This document shows, in pieces, positions 23,501 through 35,296 of a DNA stretch of 64,000 nt. Position numbers and translations under genes: made by a program. The notes beneath the pieces were generated by a model. That model saw only the letters and a program-made list of their open reading frames with translations, had not been told where the DNA came from and did no database searches. This stretch comes from Klebsormidium nitens. Taxonomy: Eukaryota > Plantae > Klebsormidiophyceae. Each line of letters begins with the position of its first letter. The stretch's first letter is position 1. Location of the stretch: contig DF237169.1 of the NCBI GenBank assembly GCA_000708835.1, positions 73,390 to 137,389 of the forward strand, given 5' to 3'.

Positions 23501-26500
23501 TGACACAATTCCCATCTTTCCTCTGTGCAGAACCAGCATTGCTGCGGCGGTTGTTTCGCCAGCGAGGAGAGCCTGCACGGAGGGCTCGCAGAGGTCCGGG
23601 TGTGGGATAAAGTCCTCTCTGACGCTGACGTAAGTGACCGCCTGGTTCGGAACGTCGTGACATAAATGATCGCTGCACTCTTCTCCGCTTCGCATTGGCT
23701 TGAGCGAAACCTGCTGGTTCGCTTGATTTGCAACTCATCTCAACTGCAGCGCAACATCGTCATGAGGAGTTTGTTGAAGCAGAGCTGATACTGGTGGTGC
23801 CGCTACCCGAACAGCAATGCAGAGGAACGAGGTCTATTACTAGGAGTGCGAACAGAGGGGCGATGTGGGGCAGCAATTACAATTTCCGTTGGTTTGGCTC
23901 GCTCACAGTAAGGCACAAATGGATTTTGCGACACCGGTTTCAAACACTCTTACTGGCCACCTGACAACGACCTTGATTTCACTGCGTTTGCAGATTAGCG
24001 CCCACTACAACCAGCCTATCCAGAATCCGGCCTCAGAGAAGGACCTTGCAATCTACTATGATTTCCAGAGGTGGGATCAATATGAAGGCCGTCGTTTGAG
24101 ATCGGGTGTCACTCGGTTTTCTCGTTGCTTGCCGTCTAATTGTGCGAGTTCGCTTTTTGCAGCCTTTTCCTACAAATGTGGCGTCAAAGTGTTGTCAGCT
24201 TTAAGATGTAGAACGCTGACATCATAAAGCTTTGGTACTCTTTTTGCCATCGGTAGAGTTAAGAGCTAAACGGTTTTGTGGTCGTGGCACCGCCTTGTAC
24301 AGCGGACTTGTGAGGTCCATCGTTTGGGTAATGCTTGGCTTCAATAAAAGTCCCCCAAAAGGAAGGCCTCTGCTCAGTCTTCGTTCCGTTTGGATGAACT
24401 TGTGCGTCAAACGCAAGAACCTGTAATACAATCAAACACAATTGCTCGTCTTGACTGAGAAAAGAACGAACCGAACTGGTCAGCTGGCGATGCTTCCCTT
24501 GATGTAGACGTCGAGTGGCTACCAAGCTGAAGAACTTGAATGGACACTCTTTGAGCCCAAACCTTTTTGCATTTTTTCTTGCTCAGGGATCAAGAGTCCC
24601 GGTATATGATCGTGGATGCTTCCGGCAAGGGCAATGACCTCATTCTTGGGAGCGCAGCGCCCCTTTGGCAGGTAAGCTTCAAGTGGTCTGCACCGTTAAG
24701 TTGCCATGCTGCTGTTGCAAGATACTCCCAGATCCGGTTAAAAGTATGCTGAGAAAGAGGGAACGCACTTTCCCGGTTCTCTTTCCGACTCCGTTGTCGG
24801 TGTCCTTGCTTCATATTGACACGCGGCGCAAAACATTCCACACCAAGGAGCCCGGGTGGCCGTTTGATGGCGCCTGTAAGCACTGCGTTTCGAGCACGTT
24901 TCTTTGACAAGCTACGAGCTTTCGGAAGCGTGCAGATCACTTAAGGAATCTTTCTGGCGACGTTAGACAATGAATATGGTGGGGTCTCTTTCAAAATCTG
25001 CTGCTGTCATTCTTCTGCTTAGGATTGATCCGACGCGATTCTGTTGCTTTGAGGTCAGAACAATATGTTCGTGCATGTCCTCTTGACCAGTGGCAAACAC
25101 GACAAAATTCGCTTATGGTGTTCTTAGGAATCCACGTGTCCTCTGGAGGGCGAGTCCAAAGGCCCACCCCCGAACAGGAAAGGATATGCCGCCAGCCTCG
25201 ACGGAACAGAGGCCCTCCTAGCCACGGCGGTGAAGGGTTTGGCTAATGACCAGGTAAGTTTCTGCTGGGCTGATGGTGTGTGCAGGCCATGTGTTTCAGT
25301 ATCCTTTTACGGCTCGCGATATGCAGGTTCCAGCTTGTTTGCTTGTCTGACCTCCTGTATCGCTTTGTTTTACAATGCATGAAGGAACAAATGTCGGCTT
25401 GATTGTGAAACAGCACTTTGCGGTGCTATTCCCACACTTGGTAAGCTCATGGCAATGTCAAAGTTATCCACTCCTGACGATCGATCTGATGTCAAAGCAA
25501 TCTACTTTCCCGCCTTTCAAGCCTGATTTGCGTGGCGAAGTTCTTACTCTCTTGCCCCATAGCAGACGCGAGAAGTGGTTGAAACAAGCTCTTTGTCTCG
25601 TTTCTGCAGTTTACGTTCGAGGTCTGGATGCGCTCAATTGACGTGTGCAACGATGGCACGCTCTTTTCGTACCGCTTTGGTAACGGACCTGCGGACCAAG
25701 TCTATCTGATTAGGTGAGCGTCGAAAACATTGCTTTTTGGTGCTTTGTTTCACATGGTGGATTTTTGTTTTTGGCGTCGCTTGTCCCTAGGTTCAAAGAG
25801 GACAAGAGCATGCATTTTTGGCATCGGACGGCGGTTGCAGACGCCTTTTTGAGAACTTCTGCTTAATCGTATATAGTTTTGTACAAGTTTGTATTCTGTG
25901 CATATCAAATTGACAAGCAGCACACACGATTTCGCGGTTTCCACCAACAGCTTTTCAAGCAGCTTGTCGTACTATTTTCGCAGAGGGGCGTTTTCGCTCT
26001 GATCTTGGAAGGGCTTCTGCTCTTAGTCTCTGTCTTTGCTTTCTGCAGGCGATCCGATTTGCGGGTGGGGCTCGAGATCGCTGTGAACGGGGACGTGAAA
26101 GGCACTGGCCTGCGAGCTGCCGACGGCACGTGGCACCACATCGCAGTCACGTGGAACTCTGCAGACGGGAGGACGATTATGTACAACGACGGGGTGGAGG
26201 TGTTCCGGGACACCTTCTCGAAGCAAAAGTGAGCTCCTTTTGCTGGTTAAGAGGAATAGCGTTTGTTATAATGCTAGGTGACTTGTGTCAACTGAGCGCG
26301 TTTCTCAAGCAATAAGCATGGAAGTTGGTAGTCCGCCGAGGGAGTTTATATCTAGGTGCTTTTGATTGCTGACCTCTAGGACCTCGACATGGTGGTTTGT
26401 CTCTCCTCTTTTATGCGCTACTGTTTCAGTTGCTGCTTGTGGGGGCGCTTCTCAACGGTGGAGCGGCCGACCGTCAAAGCACCGCACATGATCCGCCTTC

Positions 26501-29242
26501 AATTTCTGCATAGTTCGTTGGTCCCAGCAGGTTTGATTTCGAATCAAAAGGTATTGACAGCTGTCTAATCGTGGACTTTTAGTTGTTTCAAATAGTGTAG
26601 GCAAGTTTCTTGGCCCTCGTTTGCAGGGCGATTGCGGAGGGGGGCACGCTGTCCATTGGCGGCCACCTGGGCTGCGTGGGCGGGTGCATAAATTCCTCAA
26701 GCCCGATCAGTCCCGGGGACTCTTTCGTGGGCGACTTGGACGAGATCCGACTCTGGCGAAAGGCGCTCAGCGCGGCAGACATTGCTGCCCGGTGGAAGAT
26801 GTTTGATATCAAGGTAAGCAAACTGTTTCTGGTTTGCAGTCGAAAGAATGGCGTTGTGTTTGGAAGTTGGTGGAGGTGGTTATGGTTTGCGTTGGAGGAG
26901 GTGACTTCAGGACGGGTTGAGAGAGATTCTTTTCAAGCTTGTTCATGGACAAGGTTAGACGAGTCTTCCCGTTTGCAATTGAAGGAAGCCCTCCATCTGT
27001 TTGACACGGAAGGACCGGGCGTTTGTGGCGTTCTTGCGTCCAAATTGCCTGGAACTGACGCGCAGCTGTATGTCAGACGACGGCGTTCTGTCTTTTGACA
27101 TACTTGCTTCTCATCAGCTTGAAGGCTTTGAACAAAGCGTATCTTTGCCGGAAGTGGGATACGTTCATACTCCTTTCATGTGTCAAAAGCTTTGGTGGTG
27201 AACTTGACCGATTGAATGTATGCGGCTGCAGGCGACCAGCGATCTGGCTGGGTATTGGACCTTCGACGAGGGCCAGGGTTTCGCCACCCGGGACGTGGGT
27301 CGGTACGGGAATCACCTTTCCTTTACAAGGCCGCCCACGTTTTTGGTGAGTTCGGGATCTTGCTCTACTGTTTGCAGCTTTTGTCTTGGTGTAGTTGCGC
27401 ACGGGATGGCTCCAACCTGAGGAGATTGCTTGTACATGTATTCCGGAGGACATCATATTGTTCCCCAAAATACTTGACCGAGGAGCTTGCTGCGCTAACG
27501 TAAAAGCTTCTGACCATTTGGTATTAGTTAGCCCTGATGATTCTTTCGTCTGCAAGCTTTGTGGTTCGCCTTATGGGTCAGTCCAGCACCACTGAGAAAT
27601 CAGATCTACCAGAGTTGTTCTGCGACCAAGTGTTTTTACGCACAAGCCCGTTTAGTTCAAGGCGTGGCGGCATGTCATAGTGATTGTCCAGGTTCGAAGG
27701 CCGGCTAAGCAGCTCTTTCTGAGAGCTTGTACGCTTCACTTCTCAGCTCTTCTGACATGATTCGTCTCGGTATTTCGATTGCAGATAAGCACTGCTGGCG
27801 AGTATGCTGCGACAGGGGGGCAGCCCCCTCCAGGGGGCAGCCGGAAGGGCTTCCGATGGGCATGTGAGTAATGGCTCCATTCATGATTTGCCTGTACTCG
27901 GTCGAAATAACAAAACGCTCCTTGCATGCTTCTGAAAATTTCCTTCGTCCGCCCTTAAATTGACTGCCTGCGAGGGTTTCTCTTGATTCCTGGAACCCTT
28001 CAGTCCTTGTGGTCAAAAGGCTGTAGGAAAGTACTAGTCTGATGATAACGCCCACGCATCGGACCCGAACTTCTATTCACAGCTCGACTGGTTCGCGCCC
28101 AGAGGAGCTTAAATAAGCCACAACCGTCATTTCTGGAGCAGGCTCTTGTGACACTCGATGGACTCGATACTGTACTGTCAACTATGTTCAGAGCTACAAG
28201 ACTGTCTTAGTGATGACTACCCTTTCACCTACTTGCCCTTTCTTGTCTTATGCAGCATTTTTCATCACTGTCCTGGGCTTGGCGGTGTTGGGCGCCGTCG
28301 GTTATCTCGTGTACCTAAGATGGGAGGTCGTCTCGCCACTGTAAGGAGCGTTCTCCTATCCTTTCCGTGGCTGGCTGATTGTGGTTACAGTTTGTTCTTT
28401 CTCTTTGAATTGACTATCTGTTGCCGGTCTTTAGACTCAGCAAATGACATTCTCTGTTGGAGAGAGCTGGAATTCTGATTGGCAGAGTTACTTTTAAGAC
28501 CGTCGGCAACTTGAAGGCTCTTCGAAGGCTCTTGAAAGTGTCTCCATCAAAACCCGCTCATGATGTTGAGAAATGACCGCGCCGTATGCTCATTTCGTGT
28601 ACGTGTTTGAGCAGGAAAGTATCCCCCCAAGAACGTGTTGGATTTTTCGCGAAACCGCTTTGTCTTTTCTGTGTTGTACACTCATCGGATTGCAGCAGGT
28701 TGGCCCCGCTTCGACTTATGTTCGGCACTGATTGTGCCCTGTTTCCACAGTGTGGACGTGGCTTTGGATACGGGTGTGAACGCGTTCAACAGCGTGAAGG
28801 AGCGCTTATTTGGGCAGCGCTATGCGCGGAATACGCTCCTGGAGGAGCTCGACGGGTAAGCAAGTTCACAACTGACACCCATCGGGAACACGGGTTTGCA
28901 ATACCTGGAAAAGGGCTGCGCTCTTTCTACGGCGACTGGTGCCAAAGCCAAGTTCTCTGACGTGTTTTGCAATACATCAGCCGATCGAAATATTTTGCCA
29001 TTCATATGGGCTGTCAGCTTTTCATTGGCTGTTTACGCGCCTTTCAAGGACGACTTTTGGGAATTTTTCCGGTCCAAAAAGAGCTGCTCTGTGTTTCAAC
29101 GGATTTGAGCGTAGAGTCCGTAGGCTGTTGCTCGTCGAATCTAAGCTCATTTTGAGATGAACGCATTCTGCGATGCAGGGGCCTCGATGACTACACGCCG
29201 CCGCCAGAAGACATGGCAGACTTTAGTGCTGGAAGGCATTAA
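17580..29242 (+). CDS. Type-I membrane protein with signal peptide, three pentraxin/LamG-like (ConA fold) domains, one TM helix and a short tail; about 20 exons
   Basis: Exon 1 MAGVSAHCLLLVFLGSLLSAALA (signal peptide). Three domains with WHH(L/Y/I)A(V/L)TW..G...Y.DG, GNEQ-DCVGGCF..DEIRLW / GQ-NQHCCGGCF..EVRVW / GGHLGCVGGC..DEIRLW, and linkers such as GYWPLDE..G...FD and GYWTFDEGQG...D. TM exon AFFITVLGLAVLGAVGYLVYL (~28256-28340). Last exon GLDDYTPPPEDMADFSAGRH*. Confidence 0.85.
18050..18310 (+). pseudogene. Decayed SF1 (Upf1-like) helicase motif V-VI fragment in intron 1 of the LamG gene
   Basis: VGWYESCQNVVAMFCMSGIGFLCCSSSLN...PLIG matches the spacing of VDGFQG.E.DV...S....IGFL.D.RRLNVA.TRA..L..VG. 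An upstream LLPY resembles ITPY. Confidence 0.35.
21780..22290 (-). pseudogene. Decayed SF1 (Upf1-like) helicase-like fragment in a LamG gene intron
   Basis: Frame-broken YDRRPHV (QYR.HP), KPDEA and DECALCELLKALESRKSAAGWIM*TGPIRGDQ (N..EA..V..LL..L...IGII.TPY..Q). Weak match. Confidence 0.3.
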
Positions 29243-30126
29243 CATTTTTGGATCTTCTGCTCCTGCCGTTGTAACCAAAGCTTAGGCGCAATGCTATCTC
29301 AAAATCTTACATTCCGTTGTTTTGAACACCTGGGTTCCTTTCAGCAGCTTGTTTAATCCAGAGCGCATTATCGGTACAATGTTGTTCGTTCATTGAAGGA
29401 TCGATGCACTGTATGATTTCGTATCCTGCTTGTCTGGCACCGTTGTCGATTGAATCATGCCAGCCAAACCCATGACCCTTTGCAACTGGCAACATCCGAC
29501 ATGACCGTCCGGGTCTCACCTGATATTTGCATCTTGGTGTTGCATAAAAACTCAGCTTTGAATCAAGTTCAAGAGAGAGCGGCCTCCTCGCTCGGCGGAC
29601 AGCAGACATACTGAAATGATAAATCCATCCATTAGGATCTCAACGATCGCGATATATATCATTTTATTACTAACGCCTGCATGCCGCCACCTCGCGACGG
29701 TCATACTGACGTGCGCAATTGATGTTTCGGGTGGATAATATGTATCATGCACTCAGTTAAAAGTACGTTCAACGCGTGCACAAAAGAAGTAATTGCATAT
29801 GGTCAGAACGCATACGTACCTCCAATTGGGATCTTTCGGATTACCCGGCGCTGTTTAATCCCCCGAAAGACATGATCCTCATCCAATCATCAGCTCCTTC
29901 TCAGCTGCATGAGCCCATCGCACATGCACGTGTACATAGTACCATGACTGCATGCTACTAACCTCTACGTTTAGTACTGGACTCAGATCCTCTACCCCAG
30001 GATGCTTTGTAATTCGATGTCTACCTTCTTGTTGCCGCCAGCTGAATCCTGTTGGTCGAATATACGGGTCTGAGCCTGCGGCGTCTAATTTCCCTGGCCG
30101 ACTATGTACGGGCTATTTGAAGCAGA

Positions 30127-33091
30127 CTACTGGGCGCCCGGGCGAGATGTTTCGACCGGCAGACCCGCGAGCACCCACGCGCGGAAGCCTCCTTCAAGGA
30201 CGGCCAGGTCCTGGAAGCCCTGAGGTGTGAAGAGGGGCGCACGGAGGTTAGTCGTTGACCGGATTCAGCGCGTTGAGTCGACGAACATGGTTACGGGCAG
30301 TTAACTAGCAAACACGGTCAGAGGGTCACTTGGTTTAATACGATTGTTTCAAGAAGACCCACTGGTTCAAGTACCGCATTCTTGACCGAACTTGAAAGCC
30401 GTGCGGTGACTTTGGGCGCCACAACATTTCTGGCCCAAATTCAGGTTTCAAGCTATTGCGTATTGAGCGCGAAGGGACACCACGTGGCTAGTCACGAGCG
30501 CTTCTCTCGCGGAGCGCTTCACTTTCGCCGTTCAACAACATAGCTGCAGATTTCTGATTCATTTGAGAACGTCGCAACAAAGATCCATGGCCCTTCTCTG
30601 TAAGCAATGAATTCCAAGCCCCTGTATATCTGAGGCAGTAAAATGGATGGCGATGGGTTAAGGAAAAAATTAATCGGGCCAAATTGTCAGGGCGACGTTC
30701 CCACCTGCTGAGACAGGTCGACGGCGGCCGCCATCGAACGGGATCCGCTCTGGCAGCCCTGCAAATTGCAAGAAGGTGTCAGCGCAAACGATTCGAGATT
30801 GGCAGGAGGAGACTGAGAAAAGAATGTTGGCGCAGTGCTGTATTGATCACGATTGTCTGGTTGGGAGTTGGTTACGGTGCATGTATCATACATGAGGAAT
30901 TGAATCGAAGTTTCTCGAAGACTGGCAATGGAGAAATAACAAAGGCTTCGTCAAGAAGCTCTGCTCAAGAATCTCAAAAAATGACGTTATCCGTTAATCT
31001 TTTCATCGAAACGAGAAGCAAATCAGCCCTTTCCGCTTCCAACATACGAGCAGGGTGCGAACATACCCCTCCGTTGCACAGAACGTTGCTCAAAAGGAAA
31101 GAAAGCCAACACGAGCTATTTGACGTGGATTGTAGCAGGGACTCAGCAAGAAGCTTACCGAGACCTCAGGATCAGATGAGCGGCTATCTTTGCGCATCAG
31201 ATTCGGCAAGCAGAGGTCTCAGATGTGCTTCGTACACGAAGGGATTGGTAAGATGATCTCAGCTTACCAGCACGATCTCGTTATTTGGGTCGAAGTCTTC
31301 CCTCATCTGACGCTCGAAGTTGGAATTCTTTGTCATGCCTGCGCAACAAGTCGAAGTTCTGGTTAGCAGAGTGAGAGGATGCGTTCATGTCTCATTGGCC
31401 TCCCCCGCTCCAACAGACGTCGGAATGTTTTAATGACATCGTATCATCAGCTGGCGAAGGTGCTGTCGTAAGGCAAAGAAACTGCAGACGTCGACTGAGT
31501 GTGCGTATCTTCGGACCTCAGCCCAAGACGTTCCCTAACAAACTCACAGACTCAGCACTTCGAGATGCTTCTGACCACAGTTGGACACCGTCGTGCCGTT
31601 GCTTCTTGCCTTAGTTCTCCTCGCCAGATCACGGTGTAAACAAACCCATTTAGAAACCAAAAGCCGCGACACCAGGGAAAGGGCAGGGAACCCCACCCCA
31701 TTCTCATATCCTACCTTTCAGCAAATCAGACCTCACATCCCCCACGCCCCATCTCTGGGCTCCAACTTACTGAGGAATCACGTGAGACTTTCCTCAGCCA
31801 AGACACTTACCCCTTGCCGTCCTGAGCATGTAAGGAACGTTGGCCGCTCCCGGCGGGTGGCCAGCCGCGTACTCCTCCGGTGTACGGACGTCGACGTACG
31901 GCCGCCCCTGCCTGAGCAGCTCCGGCACGTCTTCCACGGAGACGGTGTGCACGCCGTGCGGCTCGAACTGCGCGTGGGACTGCGCGTGCGGCTGTGCGTG
32001 CGCGCGCGAGTGCGCGTGCCCGTGCGCGTGCGGGTGGGTGTGCCTGTCGGGAGAAGTATAACTGGATTGGCTCTCTGGTTTGGGAGTTTCGCGCAAGCAA
32101 ACGGAGGGAGGTCGAAGAATTCTAAAACGCAGATGCGGAAGCGAATAATTGGGCAGGGCTGTAGATTTTCAGAAGATGCGAGAAACAGCAGAATTCCTCG
32201 ACTGTCAACGGTGAAAGATGCAGCAAAGATTATAGCGCTCGCGTTCAGACTCTCAGCGAGTAGCAGGATGTATTGTGGCTTACAAGAAACCTGATCGGAA
32301 GATGGCCGGCAGACCTAGAGCATGAGAATCTGAGAAAATTCGCACAAAACGCATACACACTATCAGATCTTTTGTAAGACAGAAAAGACGTCCTCACTAA
32401 CGGTCAAGTCAAAAATCGATCCTACTATGCTGCATGGTAAGCACATCCTCAAAACACCAACTTGGAGAATCCGTGAAACAATGACACGAAATTCCTGGCG
32501 CCTACTCCGCGCATGCACGACTTGTAAACCGACGTAAGATATCAGAAGCTTCAATGCCCGTTTTTGGTCGGCTGCAGAACTCGTGGCCGAACTGGGTACT
32601 TTTAGTGCCCATCTATTGCCACTTGCTTTCCAATTTCTATTCAAGATCACATTCAGCACCTCGTGAAAGACGGACTACGCTGGCATCCATCTTTCAGTAT
32701 GCATGATTGGTGGAAAGAAGGAGCGGGTAGCTATTGCTGGCAGTGTCTTCTCTCCTTCAGGCCCGAAAGGGTGCCTGCATATCGATACGGGACCGGCGGA
32801 AAGCCCTTCAATGATTTCAAGGCATGCAAAGATTTGAACAGCATGAGGATCTCAACCGTCGCTCAAGTGTTTCTTGAGAGAAAGCAACAATTCAAACAAC
32901 TTTGCAGTGCGTCGTAATTGGTAAGATCGAGCGGTATATCCTGATTCATGTAGAGAACAGTTGGCTTTTGTCTTTGCTTACCTCTGAGCGGTCCAGTACA
33001 GGCTTCTGGCGTTATTTTGCAGCCTTTGGGGCGCATGCAAAGAGGTGAGCAAAGAGCGAGTGCTGCGGAAGACGCGAGCCGCTGTTGCCAT
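30127..33091 (-). CDS. Single-domain rhodanese/sulfurtransferase (STR16-18/HAC1-like) with a predicted mitochondrial presequence and His-rich tract, 186 aa
   Basis: Phase-consistent exons 33091-32982, 32043-31811, 31338-31268, 30758-30705, 30219-30127. Motifs YVDVRTPEEYAAGHPPGAANVPY, GMTKNSNF, active loop GCQSGSRS, LEGGFRAW...GLP. N-terminus MATAARVFRSTRSLLTSL..ARSLY. Confidence 0.92.
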
Positions 33092-35296
33092 GAGTCTTCT
33101 TTCCAACTTTTGAGCGAAATAAGATGTCTCCTGGGGCTGCGTTCACTCTAGGCCTACCCCTACCTACCACGGTTACTGCTTCAAGATCGCTCATCAGACT
33201 CCCAAAACTTCCTCAATCTGCTATTCTGCCTTACCGACTCGTTGCAGCTTCGAAGTTTAGGCCCGACATTTAAGTCGAGTCTTGACATCTTGCTTTGTCG
33301 ACGCTGCCTGTCCAATGATTCTGAAGACTTCGAAGGATTCATCGCAGCTCAAACGTGACTTGGAGATGGATCGCAGCCATGAGAACATGCATCGACCAGA
33401 ATAGGCACCAGCGCATGCCTTCTGCGTGCATGCTTTGCAGAGCTGGCAACCCAGTATTCATGCGTACAGTACCAAGACAACATGGCCGCGCAATGGCCGC
33501 GCCCGGCGGCAGGCGACCTGACTACGGTGCGGCGGCACCGCGGCCGACGGTAGCAGCGAGTGCAAGCCGGGGGTTCCGACCTGCGGGGATTTCGGATTGG
33601 ACCTAGACTCGCGGAGTCCGGCCGGCCGAACGATGAGTCCGGACTCCTCTGCACTCACTGCCAGTTCAGTCTCTGGTCGATCCGAGGGGCTTGAGCCTTG
33701 GCCCTAAAAATTGCTTGAGCATCGTGAATGTGACCTGCAGAGGAAACTCCCGCCACATTTTGAAGTTTGAAAAGGGAGCGATCAGATCACCACCATCATG
33801 TAGGTAGGTACCGTAGGTGATCCAGTGAGATTAGGTACCTAGTCTCAGAGATGTGCAGGGGTGGACAGTGAACAGTTCAATACAGGTAGCCTAAGAATCT
33901 GAGCAGTCTACCTACCTGGATTTAAGCGCACCTCAGAAGCAAAAGCCGGGCCCTGGCCGGACGCTTGACGTTGGCAGTTCTAATGGAAATGGAGTGTGGT
34001 GCTCATGCGTGCTCCCGAACCCAACAGCATTTGCAGCGCAAGATAGTTGAACAGTAGTTGACACTCACCCTGCGATAGCTTGTAAATTTGCAGCAGACAG
34101 TAAAGCTGGTACACTCTCAAAACTGGCACTGCCTTCGTCTGTGGCTACAAGAGTGAAGAAAACGGAGAGTGAGGCAAAAATCCTGCAGGAGCAGCACCCG
34201 AGCTCCTGGGGAACCACAGACCAAGACGAAGTGAGGGTAAGTGTGCTTTCATCTAGGTAGTATCTTCTTGTTTCTTTGTCATTCCAAGCACCGGTTACGC
34301 AACGATTTACATCCTTGTTGGACACCACTATCAGCTACAAGACAGCTTGGAGTGGCCTCCAGACAATCTGGATGAGTGTACAGCCTGCTCTCACAAAAGG
34401 CTCACGTGCGAGCTTTTGAGGAAACGTTGTCCACCTTGAGACTGAGACCTCTTCATGTATACCCTCTAGGAGTATTACTTGTCATTGGACCTCAGCTTCT
34501 GATACCAGCATTCCTGCCTTCGCATGACAATAACAGGCATGTGAGCTGCCCTCTGTCCAATCTGTATCTCGCTCCTTTCGTCAATCGTGACATCCATGGG
34601 GCATATAACCTCCCTGATTGTTCTTGCAGAAACTAGGCAACAGACATGCATTTGATTCGCTGTTGCTGACAGAGCTGCAGACCACCTACCACAGTGCGAA
34701 CCTGGCGTTCATTCGCCCAGGAGCGCCAACAGGAGCAGGCGTTCAACTGACGCAAGCAGGTAAGAGATGAGCAAGACAGAAAATCTTCCATGGGTCTATG
34801 GGGGTTCTGGACGCTTTTTGGTACTATACCAGCTTATCAGCAGACGATAGCAGATCTTCATACATGCTAAGATGGCATACTCTCTCTTCTAAAGGTGCAA
34901 TGGTCTGCGTAAAATGCTGCGGTATTTACGATCTAAAACTCATCGTTTGCAAAATGCAAGCAGTATACCGTGCTCGCCTCAATCCTTGTGATTAAATAAA
35001 GCCAGAGCGCAGCCTGGTGTATAGCTTTCCAAATTGTTAGACTGCCCACTACAGCAGACATGCCAATGAATGTACTGTGCTGCTATACTTTTAACACTCA
35101 GAAAATAAGTATTGGAAAATGGCAAACTCTGACCATTTTTCTTCTGCAGCTGCACGTGCCCATTCAAGCGGCCCTCCTGGTGCATCCCTTGCAAAGAGAC
35201 AGAGTTTTGGGGGTCACCTCTGCCGGGCCAGCGGGGACCCCCCCTTGCAGCGGCCAGTTTTAAGGACTGGCCCCCCAGCCTGTGACTAACAGTGTC

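Noticed and set aside
29307-29609. Another helicase-like relic (SFY..; DSIDN...QAGYEII)
   Set aside because: The match is too weak to list as a feature.
33799-33918. Degenerate inverted repeat (AGGTAGGTA / TACCTACCT) as a MITE
   Set aside because: Short, gapped match with no TSD; it could be chance or a very old relic.
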